Assembly: GCA_036630325.1 (NCBI GenBank)
Contig: CP142736.1
Coordinates: 558,001-622,000 of the forward strand
Reading direction: 5' to 3'
Origin: Vairimorpha necatrix
Taxonomy: Eukaryota
Length of the DNA stretch: 64,000 nucleotides
In this document: in pieces, positions 1 through 15,008 of the stretch
Layout: each line of letters begins with the position of its first letter
Position numbering within the stretch: the first letter of the stretch is position 1
Position numbers and translations under genes: made by a program
The notes under the pieces: model-generated
The model's input: only the letters and a program-made list of their open reading frames with translations
The model's database searches: none
What the model was told of the DNA's origin: nothing

Positions 1-277
1 CAGTGACTGCTTTAAGTCTTACAGCAAATTAAAAGACATATTTGCAGAGCGTAAAACTGTTAATCATTCCATTGAATTTGTGAACAATATCAATAGCTGT
101 CATACTAACACTATTGAAGGAAATTGGTTTGGTATAAAAAATGAAACTTCAGTAAGACACAGAACAAGAACACTGATTTCTGGTTCACTAATAAGATTTA
201 TGTTAAGAAGAAATTTTAAAGGAGATGTATTTACAAATATTATTAAATTTATTTTTTCTTCCTTTTTCCCGTTTTGA
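1..277 (+). pseudogene. 3' fragment of a Merlin (ISXO2/IS1595-like) DDE transposase
   Basis: Reads SDCFKSY..TVNHSIEFV..HTNTIEGNW, the Merlin C-terminal motifs; cut by the window start. Confidence 0.8.
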
Positions 278-329
278 CTTTCCAAAAAAAGGGTGTTTTT
301 TTAAAAAAAATATTTATAGCCAAAAACGC

Positions 330-1086
330 TCATTGTGGGCCTTTTAGCCCGCACATGCAGCTGATATTTTGGCCTCGATTTGCTGGCACATTCTTATAGG
401 CTTTAGTGTTTTTCTCTGAGTATCCGTAACTACGGGTCGTATGGGCGTTGAACCCAGTTTCATCAAGGAAAACTAGGTTTTCAACAGAGTACCTACTAAT
501 TTCAGCTGCATAGATACTCCTTTTATTTAACTTGTCCAACGAATTACGTTCAACAGGAATTATTGAAACTCTTTTTCTTGTTATACCGAGTTTTTTTAGT
601 TTTTTCGATATTGAAGATATGGTCAAATTTACTCCTGTTCGTGTATATAACTCGAATGAAATTTCTTGTAAAGTCATATAATTAGCACAATCAACTATGT
701 TTTTTATAACACGCTCTGTGTTTGAAAGTATTTCGCTTTCACCCAACTGCGGAAGAGGGCTAACGGATTGATTGTGTTGTCTTCTTTAAAAGATGCAACG
801 GTTTTACGGTGTAAATCAACCATCCTCGATATTTCGGCAACGGATCGTTTTTCATCTTTTGATAACTCCAAAACTATGTTTCTTAATTCAGTAGTTATTG
901 TTTTACTTTCTTTTCTAACCATTAAGGGGCACAAAAAATTCAAATTTTTATGGGACTATAGAAATTCAAACATGGCACTATAGAAATTCAAACATGGGAA
1001 TATAGAAATTCAAACATGGGAATATAGAAATTCAAACATGGGAATATAGAAATTCAAACATGGCACAATAATGATCCAAACCCTTG
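330..1086 (-). mobile_element. Truncated, frameshifted Tc1/mariner (IS630-like) transposon
   Basis: HTH-like N-terminus from ATG 922 and VFLDETGF first-D motif (ORF 330-746); probable terminus CCCTTG|TA at 1081-1088; catalytic C-terminus missing. Confidence 0.75.
952..1063. repeat. Five tandem 22-bp repeats (tatagaaattcaaacatgg core) in the Tc1 subterminal region
   Basis: Directly visible. Confidence 0.9.
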
Positions 1087-2091
1087 TAATAATTTTTAGG
1101 TAACATCGACTGTGTTTTAAATTTTGAGTATATCAAAATCGACAACTAACATTATATTATTTTTTTTTGATATTTAGCGCGTCTTTATTATAAAAAAATA
1201 ACATAAAGCCAAGAATTATGAGATTAAAGATATCAAATCTCTTGTTTTAAAAAGAGTCTTGAAGTGTCATTCTAGAATATAAAAGATCATGGAATTTTGA
1301 AAGTGATGAAGAAAGACGAGAGACAGCGAGTCTAATCATTTTTACTCACAAAGAGAGGCATATGAAGACTGAAATAGGAACATAAGAAGAAAAAGAAGCT
1401 TTATAAAATATGAATTTGAGGTATAGTTAGAAATTTTACAAGAATCAATTGTGAAGTTTTTTGAATTTATATTTGATTTGAATAATTTAATTAGAATTCA
1501 GATTATCTAATCCTATGTACACACATCTGAACCATCGCTTCTTTGTCTTTTATTCTTTAAAAATATTAAATAAACGAAAACATACAAGAAACATTGAATA
1601 TGTGTTGTACGTTACAAAAAATACCATACGTATAGTTACAACATAAGAGGTTCATTAAAATTTTCCTTTAAAATATTACAGATTTAAAGAGCAGAATAAA
1701 TATCTGCAATTTGTTGTGTCAACTAACACAATAATTTCTTTAAATAGAATTAAGGATATATACAGACAATATCAACTAGGTGGTGGAATATGTTTTTTAT
1801 AACATAACTTAATTTTCTTTTGTTATCATTATAAAAAACATAACTTGTCATATTTGTCTTTCTAAATTTAAATAAAAAAATTTTCTTTTATTTAATAAAT
1901 TTGTTTCATTGTTTATATTTGTGTGCGATATTGTTTAAGTTCAATTGTAAAATTGTTTAAGTTTTTTGCAATATTGTTTATGTTTTATTTGTAATAATTT
2001 TTTATTTTTATTTGGAAAATTTTTTAAGTTTGTTGATTAAAAAGTTATTTAAACAAACAAATAAAACTATAAATAAAGAAAAAAATTGAAC

Positions 2092-3300
2092 GGTTAAGTT
2101 CTCGACTTACCCCCCCCCCTAAAAAAAATAAAAAAAAATAAAAAAAGGGGGAAAAAATAAAAAAAAGAGGAAAAAATAAAAAAAAATAAAAAAAAGGGGA
2201 AAAAATAAAAAAATAAATTATTTGACCCATAATGAGAATTAAAGAATTTAGTAAACTCATCTATAAAAAAAATGAGTTAATGAAATCTTTAATTGCAAAA
2301 AAACATTTTGAGGGTCCCTATGTGCAATAAATGCAATATACCAATGACTCAAAATCGGACCAACACTGAAAACTATCGTTGTTATTCAAGACGTGATGGT
2401 AAAAAATGTTCTAACAAAGGAACCATAATGAAACAAAGCGTTTTTAAGAACTCAAAATTGCCTATTGAGGATCTTTTAATATTGCTTTGCAAATGGGTAA
2501 AGGGTTCAAGTAATTTGGCCGCCACGTTAGAACTTGATATAGGTAAATGTACGGTATCAAGATGGTTTACGCGTTTTAATAACGCCGTGTACGTCTGCTA
2601 TTCAACATATATAAACAATCAAACGATTGGCGGCGTCGGTTGTATTGTTGAAATTGATGAAACTTTAATTGTAAAAAGTAAAAACCATGCGGGAAGTGTT
2701 CTTCAATATCAAGTATGGGCAGTTGGAGGCGTTGTGGGATGGGATGCGAATTCTTTTTTCTTGAAATCGTAGAAAATAGAACAAGAGCTACTCTGGTTGA
2801 ATTAATCACAAGAAAAATTGCTCCGGGGACCACAATTGTGACAGATTGTTGGCGCGGCCATAGTGATATTCAAACAATCTGTGTAGAATATGAATATCTA
2901 CATTTTACTGTGAATCACAGCCAAAATTTTGTTGATAATATAACTGGTGCGCATACTCAGACTATAGAGGGAATGTGGTCAGTTACTAAAAGAGAACTAA
3001 GAAAAAGCGGAACTAGTCATGAGACTATTATGAATCTTGTAAGAAAGATTTTCATTAATAGATTCAAATTAATATGTCGTGAAAATCTATTAGATAAAAT
3101 GTTAGAATTTTTTGAAATAGGTAATTTTAGTATTGTAGCATATGATATTATTCCTGAAATAGATTTTACAATTGTTGAATAATTTTTTTTTGTTTTTTTT
3201 TAGGGGTGGGGAGGGTTAAGTCGAGAATTAAACGTTTTTTTATTTTTCCCCCTTTTTTAATTTTTTTTAGGGGTGGGGGGGGCAAGTCGAGAACTTAACC
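2092..3300 (+). mobile_element. Merlin DNA transposon with frameshifted transposase (about 2232-3182)
   Basis: TIR ggttaagttctcgactt(a/g)cccccc; 8-bp TSD aattgaac/aatcgaac; motifs VEIDET, TDCWRG, HTQTIEGMW; empty site aatttaac in the paralog at about 44801. Confidence 0.92.
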
Positions 3301-3314
3301 AATCGAACCCCTAT

Positions 3315-5124
3315 ATGTTTTTCTTGAACTTGCTTATTCTTTTCATTAAAACAATATGACCATTTACTGCTGTCATTGCTGAAGGAACATGCGAACAAAT
3401 ACCTGAAGAAAATTGCAAGGCTGTAGGTAGACGAGGGGTTGTAGCTAATTCTACAAATATCAATGCCATGGTAAACTTATTGAATAAAATGAACATTGAA
3501 AAGGCCTATGTATTTGGGTGGGAAGATTGCCCAGAGACCATGGTATTGTATTCTAATGGAGCTCTTGTCCCATACATCAAAGACAGAATTAGAAGTAAAT
3601 ACGCAATGTGCATAGGAGATTGTCCATGTAGACCTAAAATACTAGGCGAATCTACTAAAGAATGTTGTGCTATTAAGGAAGAGAGACCTAAATCATGTTG
3701 CGAAACAAAGAATATAGAATCCAAGACCTGTTGTAGTACAGATAAAAGAGCCGAAAGTCTATGCTCGTGCAATCAGATGCTAGTCAACAAATCTGGTTTT
3801 ACAATGAAAAGCCAACCTCACGTGTCGTGTTGTAATACGCAAGAAACAACATCATTCTGTAACATTAAAGATCATGAAGGTAAAATGGCAGAATCCAAAA
3901 AGTGTTTTCTAACTCAAGAATCAGCGCCCCGTCAATTTGAAAGATATAAAGGTTCATGTTGTTACATTGACCAGAGATCGTGCTGTAAACAGACACGGCC
4001 GAGAGCTTGCACCAATGATCGTAAAAATAATTGTAGGTGTCATTTAAATAAAAGGCCGTGCTGCAGTTATGATTATAAATATCCTTGTTTTAAAACAAAA
4101 AAATGTTGTATGGATAAAAAGTCATACAATAGAAAGTACCATAAGCGACTCCCTCGTGATAATCGCTCATTTTGCTATACTACAAGATCATGTTGTGATA
4201 ATGAACACTACGAAGAATCTCATTGATCAAGACAAGAAAGCGAGTCTTCTTCGGACATTTATATTTAGAGCTCGGAAGAATATTGTAACGTGAAAGAAAA
4301 TAATTGCTTAGTACCTCCTACTATCGAACATAATGAATATTTTCAAGAATTATTTTATGCCGATGAAGAAAGAAAAAATAAAACGACGACAATAAAATCA
4401 AAATCTTTCGAATTTAAGTCAGTCGAAGATGGAAATATTTCTACAGTAAAAAATGAACACACATACACATATTGTGACACGGGCTGTCTTTCCAGCTGCT
4501 CGGTGTGTCTAAAAATGAGTTTTTACTTAACTGTTTAGTATTTTGTCGCTCTCTCATAACTCGGTGAAGGGCTGAAAATTCGCTCTTTTATGTTTGAATT
4601 TTAATTAATGTCAAAGTTGTCAAGAATTGGAGGGAAAAGCATTCTCTTAAGTAACTTTTCATATTATGGCATTTAAGATAAAAACATAGACTTTCTGGTT
4701 GGTCTTTTGTTTGGCGGCGATGACGTATTTGTTTACGTCGCTGACCCGGCTCTAATTGAGATTTGATAGCCGAATGATTTTAGTTTAGAAGTTTGTTTTG
4801 ATTTCGAGAGCCTCGGGAAGGTTGTCGTGTGACACATATCAACACACAAAAAAAGAAATATTCATTGACAAATGTGATGGTAAACTGTTGAAAATTTCTA
4901 GAAAATTATATGATTCATCCATACTCTATCAAATTACTAGTAAACTCAGTTTCAAGCATAGTATGCCCGTGTGTCTATATATCACTGACGATGATTTATT
5001 ATTTGTGATGATAAATCATAAGATGTATCACGTAGACATTTTTGGTAGAAAGTTAGTACTTGAAGAAGTATGTAGTAAAGACAGGGAAGTGCTTCAATTA
5101 CACCTCATATGATTTAGAAATTAA
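3315..5124 (+). pseudogene. Pseudogene copy of the EnP1-like spore wall protein
   Basis: Highly similar to 44815-46212; AGA>TGA at codon 15, GGA>TGA at 4224-4226, solo LTR at 4473-4834. Confidence 0.88.
4473..4834. mobile_element. Solo LTR
   Basis: TG..CA ends (tgtgacacg...cgtgtgaca), 5-bp TSD catat, absent from the intact paralog. Confidence 0.85.
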
Positions 5125-6769
5125 ATAAATACTTAGTGCAACATATTTTCTCAATACACAAAAAACCACTTTTCTTTAACACTTCTTATTTTTCTAATAA
5201 AATTACTATTTAAAATAGTGACTCAAAAAGTTTATATTTGCCTCTTATAATAATGGGTCTTTGTAACAAACTCATGTCGTTTACAAGCGTGAAATATGCA
5301 TTATATATTTTTTATGAAAATCATTATTAATGAAGTTTATTTCTAATTGATAATTACTCAAACATAATAATACTAATCTACACAAAAACTTCATTTAGCT
5401 TATTTTTACTAAAATTTACGTTAATCATCTTCATTTTTCTTTCTTGGCTTATATACTTTTAAAATCATTCTTTTGTTGTAAAGGGTCTCCGTATTATAAG
5501 ACGTAAAATTTTATTGGTTTAGAAGGATTTAGAAATGGTATTTTTTTAATCATCAAATTGTATTTTGTTATTGACGATTCGTTATGTACAGTACCTTTGC
5601 AATTAAATTTTTAGTTATATCGCATTGAATGGGTCCTGCGATATATTTATTGATATATTTCGTAGAGACTAGGGCATACAACATATCATGAGACTTAAAA
5701 GCATCGGCATTGGGGTATAGTTTTTTGTACTTACAAATTGGGATATGAAACATTTAAATTTATTCCACCTTTAGATCATATTTACTATAAGTCGCATCTT
5801 TATCGGACCAACAAACTCTAATTAAACCTTCTATTTTTATACAAACTTATTTTTGTGGCTATAAAGTCAATTGTGGCATAATATTTTCTATATATCTATT
5901 TCTACTATATTACACAAATAATGTTTGTCGTAGGAGCTCTTGGGATCCTTATGTTTGACATTTCTTAATATTTAAAACTTTTATATTTTACCCCTAAGCA
6001 ACATGGAAAGAAGAAAGATAAAAATAAATAAACAATTAAATATCGACATGGCGACAATAGCAAAAGCTATTAGTGATTTAGTGGAGATAGAGTAGAAGAC
6101 ATTGAGATGTGGCTAAAGAAAGTGAACATCTCGTCACAGGCTGCAGAATTATAAGAGAACGTTATTTTGGGGTTGATCATATATAAACTGACTGGAATTG
6201 CCCAAACGTACTTAATATCTCTGACAAATGAAAACATTGCCAATATCACCTTTATAAGTTTAATAATGAATTTAAAAAACGGTTTGGTAATCAAACTAAC
6301 ACAGACGAGATTTTGGTCGTTTTCTAGCCTTTAAAACGGTAAATTATACGAAGAATATGTAGTACTGCTTAAAGAAGCTACTACATTGTTCGAAAGAGAA
6401 TTCATATTACGAAAATCACTAATAAGGATGACTATCTCAATGTCACCGCAGGAACTTAAAACCTTGTTATTTTAATACTTATTTTGCGCTTCAGATTGGA
6501 ATCACTTTGTCCAACAAGCGGAGGAGGCGGCCTGGATGGCTTTCCCTGAGAGAATTAATAATAGAATAGAATCTACTGGAGTTAAGACGGCTTATCAGAA
6601 AAGATCAAAGACTCAGAAGACTCAAGGAAAAGGGCTTTTCTGCATTATCCACATGCAGGGAAATCATAAAACAGAGAATTTCTACGTTGTTAAGCAATTG
6701 GAAGAAAACGGATGGAAGAAAGGAAAATCGGCTAATGTGTTGGAAGAAATAAACAACGAAGAAAGAAAC

Positions 6770-7043
6770 TGATATGATCCGGAGTATTATCTCCGTTTTT
6801 TAAATACATTTCTAAAATATCTGTATTGTATTTATATTTATTTATGTTTAATCTGTTTTATTGTTATTCTTCATGCTCGGTGTTTCTAACTATTTCGGAC
6901 TATTTATATTTAGTTATGAAACATAGCGTTTCATGTCCGATCGTTAGAGATCGCCGCCCTTGACTATTCGTTCGGAGCAGTGTTTTACTGATTAAAGTTT
7001 TAACACAGTAAAACACAGATGTCATGGTTTTGAGGACATGACA
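6770..7043. mobile_element. Solo LTR inside Gypsy A gag
   Basis: tgatatg...catgaca ends; 5-bp TSD gaaac. Confidence 0.82.
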
Positions 7044-8874
7044 GAAACATCGACGAAGACAGTAAAGATTTTAACATCTACTTATCGAATTCACTTAGTT
7101 TCAAAAGAAACCCTTTCTTTATATATTCTACTCTTCAAAGGCTGCTTCTCATCTGACACTCATTGATACAGGAGCCGATATCTCACTGATAAACATTAAC
7201 CAGATATCAGATAAAAATATGATAACATCTACAAGTGCGAAATTTAGTTCGCCCTTTGCTCTTTCATCAATATAATAGGTGAATTTAAGGACCTTAGATT
7301 AAGAGTGTTCGATGAAGAATTTATATCTCCCCATTGGTTTGTAAAGGACTACCTTACTATTCTATCCTCGGAACTGATATTATAATAAAATATCCACGTT
7401 TAGTTCAAAAAATTCTAAGACATTTCTTCCCTTCAACAAGAATAAATAGTATTCCATCGGAGCCGGAGACTAGTGCAGAAACTAAAACATATTTTCCAGA
7501 AGGAAATATTAGATCTAACACTAGTCGTATAAGTGAGAATATGGGCCAACCAATCACTTCCGAAATTCGTCTTAAAGAGAACGAAATAATTACTAAATTT
7601 TCAGGATGCTTTGAAGAACCCATAGCGCCAGAACCCATCAAATGGGCAACATTACACTTTCTAGACACAGGATATCATCCTCCAATAACCACAAAGAACT
7701 ATATAATCCGTATACATTATGAACAAGAAATTAGCGAAGACATTCAAAAGAATTTACAATTGGGAGTTTTAAGAGAATCTAATAGCCCATGATGTTTAAG
7801 ACTCGTCCCGGTTCAAAAGCCCGATAAATCGTTAAGACTATGCATTGACTTCCGAGCTCTAAACAAAATAACGATAAGAGACAAATATCCACTTCCTCAA
7901 ATTGATGAAATACTAGACAGATTGGCTGGAGCAAGGATATTTTTTACCCTAGATGCAACATTTGGGTACTACCAGATAGGCATGAACGAATCAGATAAAC
8001 AGAAAACGGCATTTGCATGGAAGGGCGGACTATATGAATACAACAGAATGCCTTTCGGGTTATGTAGTGCCCCCGCTACATTCCAAAAAGCTATAGATAG
8101 ACTTATCGGAAATCCGTGCAACGACTTTGTTATTCCCTATCTTACGATATAATCATTTTCTCAAAGAATGAAAAGGAACACGGGAAACATCTTTTAATTG
8201 TGTTAAATAAATTAAAGGAAACAGGTATAGTTTTAAAGAAACCAAAATGCATATTTTTCGAGACGAGATTAAAATACTAGGGAGTATTATTTCAAGGGGT
8301 TACTTAAAACCCGACCCTAAAAATATTAAGACAATCCAAAAATACCCCTTTCCAGAGAACCTTAAAAGCTTACGGTCATTCTTGGGGTTAGTTAATTACT
8401 GTTGGGAATATGTAACATCCTATGCCGAGTTAACAGGGCCATTTTTTAACCTTCATAAGGGAGAAACAAAAAATAGTGTAAAAAGAGTACACTGGTCAGA
8501 AGATTTACAGATAAAGTTTTCCAAGCTAAAGCAAGCCTTGCAGGCGAAATAAAATTGACACAACCAGACTTTAAAAAAATTTATAAAATCACAGATGCTT
8601 CTAAAATTGGAATTGGTGCTGTCCTTGCACAAACTGACAGTAATGGTGTAGAGGATGCGATCTCATTATATAGTAAAAGATTCGATAATTGCCAAGTGAA
8701 CTACTCAGTTACAGACAAAGAACTTCTGGCTGTAGTTAAAGGCATTAATAACTATAGACATTACCTCTTAGGTAAAGAATTTACATTAAAACGGACCATA
8801 AAGCACTTACATATTTATGGGGTTAAATTGCGATGTTACCCCCTACCCCTAAAAAAATATAAAAAAAGGGAAAA

Positions 8875-10067
8875 GGATCAAGTCCATTATATGCCCAGAA
8901 AAAACTTAAGTCCATTATGTGCCCAGAGTTTGTAGTTGAGTCCATTATATGCCCAAATCTTTATAAATCGATAATTTTAAAGACAAATATCTAAAACGAA
9001 AAATATAATGAATAATTTTAATCATGTTTTGCTGCCAACAAAACTGCTAGACTTCCCAACAAATTTTCTACGAACTCATTCTTAAACATGACCTCTTCCA
9101 AAAATCCCGGTAATTGGCTTTTCTTTATCCCACACATTGCCTTAATTTTTCCTTTTATTCTGTTCCATAATGACTCGACTGTCTGTGTGTTAACTCCAGT
9201 CTTAGGATGCACAAAATAAAATTTATGGTTGACCATCTCATGATTAAACCCGGAGTATATTTTGAATTGTAACATAAGCAGCCCAGCTGTCGGAATAAAT
9301 AGTTGTGCCGGGCATGCATACATCGGTGATTATTGGATATAAATTATTTCTTGTTCTATTAGAAATTTTTTTTTAACTGAATCTTGCAGGGCTGATGCTT
9401 GTATCAACGATTCCGAATACCCATACCTGCCCACTTAGCCATCTACCGCGATTATATTTTGTTTTGTGCACAAACGGGCTTTCTTCAATTTGGCATATTT
9501 TGCCTGGACCACCTAGTCTAATATGGTTCTCAACAAAATATTTGCCCACAAGAGTTCTTAATTCTCAAAATATCTTTTTGATCAATATTTTTTGAATGCA
9601 AAAGTCATTAGCTATATCCATAAACTGTTTGTCTGCTGCCCAAAGATAAATGACAGTAAAAACATCGATTATAGGCATTCTAAAATCCTTAAAAAAGGAA
9701 CCATGTCTAATGCTTAAAGTGATGCTATACTTCGGAAACAACTTATTTTTGCATGTCCAACAGCGACCATCTACAGTTTCTTTTGGTCTTTCAACCATTT
9801 TCAATCCACAACCGCAACAAGAAATTTCATTGAGAAGCATTTCCCCCCTGTAGGTATTGTATGTGCTTCTCTACACTCATTTGTTGGAATATCATATTAG
9901 TTTTCGAAGTCAGAAAGTTCTCTTCGACTCATTAAAGGGTTAGCAACTTGCTTTTGAAAATTCAAAAAATTGATAAAAAACTTAAGTCCATTATATGACC
10001 AGAGTTTTGGATCAAGTCCATTATATGCCCAAAATTTCTAATCCTGGGCATATAATGGACTTGATCC
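8875..10067 (-). mobile_element. Merlin transposon, second family (transposase pseudogene 9018-9932)
   Basis: TIR ggatcaagtccattatatgccca plus internal repeats of it; motifs QVWVFGIVD, NTQTVESLW; no clear TSD. Confidence 0.82.
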
Positions 10068-10737
10068 AAAATTATGCCCCTAAAATGAACATAAAGAATT
10101 TTAGAAAATTAATATATAAAAAAGAGGAATTATTTTTATTAATTCTTGAAAAAAATAAATTAAAGGTACCTGTTACGGGATGATGATCTAGTTACTGAGA
10201 TTATCCTGAAATTACTTTATTGTAGATACTTACCCAAAGTATCTACTGTTATCATCATCATCATATATATAAAAGAATTTTATTTAATTTTTTACCCCTA
10301 AAACTCAAAAAAAGAGAAAATTTAAAATGGTAAAATTTTTGTTTTAAAACAAAATTAAATGTTTTCATTGTATTTTATAGACATTTTTAGACCGGATACA
10401 CTTTTTAATTATTACTTTTAACTTATTTTCAATTTTGAAAAAAATATTGATTTCTCCTTTTTAATTCCTCCGTCCAAAAACAAAAAAAAATCAACAAAAT
10501 TCAAAATGTCAAAATGGACTGCTTAAGAATTGAGAATTATTTAAATTAATGTAGAATTATTAATTTTAAAACCAATTGTAATGTCAATTATAAACTTAAT
10601 AATTCATTTGTTCTTTCAAAAATTATCTTTACTCCTTTTAAATTCTTTAATCAAAATGGAAAATCATAGATCAAAAAAAAAAATAAAAATAACAATTGTA
10701 ATAATTTGATTTACAGATATTTTAAATTTTAATATCA

Positions 10738-13700
10738 TGTGGTATTAATTGCCACATTATTATTTTTATTCTTATTTTCCCTCCAAGTGAATTTTCTTGA
10801 AAATATTTTACTATAAATATTTTCTCTTTATTTTACAAAAAAAAAGGAATGAACGGGAATAAGAATCACATGAATAACTACGGGAGGTCACAAAGAGACC
10901 TACCCCCTCACAAGAGAACAGCTAACTACCCACATGGAAGTAGCCACAATAAATTTACTTTAAATAAAACCAATTCAGGTGCAGGGAGAAGCATTCTCGA
11001 ATGCTATTTACATTATGGCCATCTCCCTGGTGGAAACACCACAATGAATTCATTAAGTGTTAGAGAGTCACTTACAATAAAAAAAAAAAATCAAGTTCTA
11101 TTAAGTGAAGTTAATGTTCCAAAGGAAAGTGTAACCTTTGAGAAGAAAGTAATTGGAACATCAATTACCATCCAAGAAAAAATCTATAAAATCCAAGACA
11201 TTAAAAGAGATTGCAACTTTAAACATATGGAGAAATTTGAAGCATTGGCCAATGCCAATGAATGGACAGATGAACAGATGGGTATTATTTACCATTCGCT
11301 AATCGACGATGATAGTATTGAAGATAGTTTTACTAGAAATAGCTACAAGAAACTGAGAGAAGAGTTAATGGCGATAATTTATCCTAAAAGCGATGCCAGG
11401 TTAGTATTGTTAAAATTAGAAACCATAAAACAGGTTGAGTATAAACATATAGTCGACTATTATAATGAAGTGTCGAGTATTATTGAATTATATGTAATTA
11501 TGAATGGCGTAAAAAAGAAGAGTCTGAAAACAGACTCAATGAAGCGTTTAATAGAGGACTAGGAAATTTTACTGCGATTGAAGTTTATAAACAACGATTA
11601 GACAACCGCCCAGCCATTGAAGTAGCTAGATATCTACGAGGTCTGGAAGAAAACATTATTTTGCAGGGAATGCTAGCCAACATGAGTGTAAGACCCAATG
11701 ACATCAGGAGAAATTTTCATAGTAATCAAGAAGTCTCAAACAAAATGATTAAGAATAACAAATGGTGCTCTATACACCAGATCAAAACTCATAACACAAG
11801 AGATTGTTTCTTAAGATCGAAAGAAATTAAACAGAAGAATGTAGAGAGCGAAAGAAAATCTTTTTTTTTATTAATGAAACTAAAATCACCGGATCAAGGA
11901 AACTTGAACTTGAAGCCACTATTGCTGGCAGTCTAGAAGTGTTCACACTAGATAATGGATCAGATGAGAATTTCATCACAGAAAAGCAGGCGTTAAACTT
12001 AAACATGAAGCAGGAAGAGACTAAACCAATTCAGGTTTCATTTGGGAATGTCGAGGTGAAAGTAACATCAAAACTAGTAAGAGAAACCATAACCATTGAC
12101 AAAGATGACTATATTGTTGAATTTTATGTTTTAAAAAATTTACCAGTAAAGCTTATTATGGGCCTCAAATTTTTTGAAAGCAATAACTGCATAATCAATT
12201 TTGGTAAAAGAACGTTGACTATTAAAAATAAGGTGATCAAGTTATTAGGTTGTGATAAAACAATTGATGAGATATTAGATAAGCGCTTAAGTGAAAAAAT
12301 TTGCTTCGTGACACAGGTTGCGAAAGAGCTCTTAAATAAAAAAATTAAGGATTATATGCTAAACAATTCTAACTTTAAAAGTATGCAGTCAGAACCTGCT
12401 ACATTTACCATAAAAAATTCTATGAAAGTAATTCAGTCACAAGGATATTGTGTACCAAATAAATATTACGAACAAGGAAAGGCCGAGATTTATAGATTAC
12501 TTAGAGAGGATATAATCGAATTAAGCAACTCCCCCTTTTCTAGCCCAGCCTTTTTCCTTAAGAAAAAAAACAACGATCTCAGATTAGTAGTAGATTATAA
12601 AAAAATTAATGAACATATTGAAGATGATCCGTGGATATTACCTAAAAAGGACGACTGTTTAAGAATAATGGGTGAAAACAACTATTTCAGTCAACTCGAT
12701 CTTCAAAACGGGTTTAACCAAATTCAGATAAGTAATGAAAGCAAAAAATATACGTCATTTATGTTATTGGGACGGCAGTATCAATATAAAAGAATTCCGT
12801 TTGGAATAAAACCAGGTCCTAAAATATTTCAGCGCTATATTTCGGAGATATTAAGTGATACATCCAATTGTTTTGTTTACATAGATGATATAGTTATCTA
12901 TACTAAATCAAAAGAAGAACACTTTAAGATTTTAGGAAGCGTATTAGACAAGCTACATGATTAAAGCGTAAAGATAAATTTTGATAAGTGCAAGTTTTTT
13001 CAAGAAGAAATTAATGTTTTAGGTTATAGAATAGATAAGAATGGAATTTATCCAAATCTTAAAAGTTTAGAAAATAAAATATTTTCAAAAGAGATATCTA
13101 CCAGAAAAGATGTACAGAAGTTAATGGGTGTTATAAATTGGTACAGGAAGTTCGTACCAAATTTATCAACAAGAATTCATGAGATTAGTAATTTGTTAAA
13201 GTTAAATAACAAAAAGATTCGCTTAAACGAAAAATTAAAAATAATAATCAATGACGTCATAAAGGATATAACAAATGGGGCTAGATTATCTTTCCCGGAT
13301 GATACCGAAAAATTTATATTGCAATGTGATGCCTCAGATTTGGGGATTGGTGCAGTCTTGAAACAAAATGATAGAGTGATAGGATATTATTCAAAGAAGC
13401 TCAATGGGTCTGAACTAAATTACACCATTGTTGAAAAGGAATACTTATCAATAGTCCTAGCTTCAATACATTTTAAAAACATTATTCAAGGTTGTTATAC
13501 GGAGATACACACCGATAGTAGGAATTGTATACATAATAATCAAAAGAAAACATCAAGGTTGGAAAGATGGAAATTATTAATGAATGAATTTAATCATAAA
13601 ATAGTCCATATGGACGGAGATAGAAACGTAATAGCCGATAGCTTATCTCGATGCTTATACATCGAAGACTCAAACATTAAAAATAAATATGATAATTTAA

Positions 13701-15008
13701 TTAATGAATTTTCTGTAAAAACCCACACCGGAAAGATGAAGGTTGATGAAAGTAACAGAGTAATTATAAAGCAAAATAAGATGCGGTATTTATTATAACA
13801 GATACATAAATTATCCGGACATAGAGGAATTACCACCACGTATAACAATTTAAAAAATTATGTGAATATAAGAAACATGGTTAAATTAATAAAAGATGTA
13901 ACTAAAAGTTGTGGAATGTGTTACCGACTTAAGAAGATCAGATATAAGCACAATATAGAAAATAAAATCGTTTCAGAACAAAAATTTGAGAGAATTTCAA
14001 TGGTTATCTTTGGTCCATTTAACGTTTCTGATTATAAAAATGATTGTGTGAAACAGACAGGACATATATTATCTATAATTGATATATATTCAAGGTTTAC
14101 TAAGTTATATTTCTTTGAGAGGATCAAAGCATCAGATGTAATACAATGTTTAAATAAATGGAAAGATGAATATAAGAAACCAAAATACATTATTTCCGAC
14201 AACGGAAAGCAGTTTGATAACACCGCAGTAAATAACTACTGTAAAGAGAACAACATAAAACAAATACTTGTTCCAGAGTATACGCCCAGTAGCAATGGAG
14301 TCTCTGAAAGGCTAAATAGTACAATAGCCTTTATAATGGCTTTGAACAAGTTTAAACATATATTAGATGTAGTTAAAAGAGCAGAGGATGTAATAAATAT
14401 AAACTATAACAGGACGATAGGAACATCTCCAATATCAGTAGTCTCCAAGAAGAACTTCTATGATCCATTCAACAATACAGGAGAAGTTAAAACCAAGTTA
14501 CATCATAAGACATTTAGTAGGAAGTACACTATAGGAGAAGAAGTATATAAACGTAATTTTAACTCGAGCAAGTTTGACTCTAAGTATGAATTAAATCCAA
14601 GGAAAATAATGAAAGTAGGAACTAAGGGATTTTGGATAAAGCTGGACGGAGACATTGGGTGGACACACATAAAGAATGTAAAGTCTGCTGGAGGAGGTAG
14701 TATGTGGTATTAATTGCCACATTATTATTTTTATTCTTATTTTCCCTCCAAGTGAATTTTCTTGAAAATATTTTACTATAAATATTTTCTCTTTATTTTA
14801 CAACAAAAAAGGAATGAACGGGAATAAGAATCACATGAATAACTACGGGAGGTCACAAAGAGACCTACCCCCTCACAAGAGGACAGCTAACTACCCACAT
14901 GGGAGTAGCCACAATAAATTTACTTTAAATAAAATTAATTCAGGTGCAAGGAGAAGCATTCTCGAATGCTATTTACATTATGGCCATCTCCCTGGTGGAA
15001 ACACCACA
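10738..15008 (+). mobile_element. Ty3/Gypsy element C, full length, 306-bp LTRs (10738-11043, 14703-15008)
   Basis: Near-identical LTRs, TSD tatca; LDNGSD protease, YIDD RT, CDAS RNase H, SDNG integrase; few disruptions. Confidence 0.93.

Larger units (their letters stand above)
1530..5925 (+). repeat. Segmental duplicate of about 44215-47021 (EnP1-like locus with flanks)
   Basis: Collinear similarity of upstream, coding and downstream sequence, interrupted here by a Merlin and a solo LTR; left boundary approximate. Confidence 0.9.

Noticed and set aside
952-1063. CRISPR-like repeat array
   Set aside because: No spacers, eukaryotic context, and located inside a Tc1 end.
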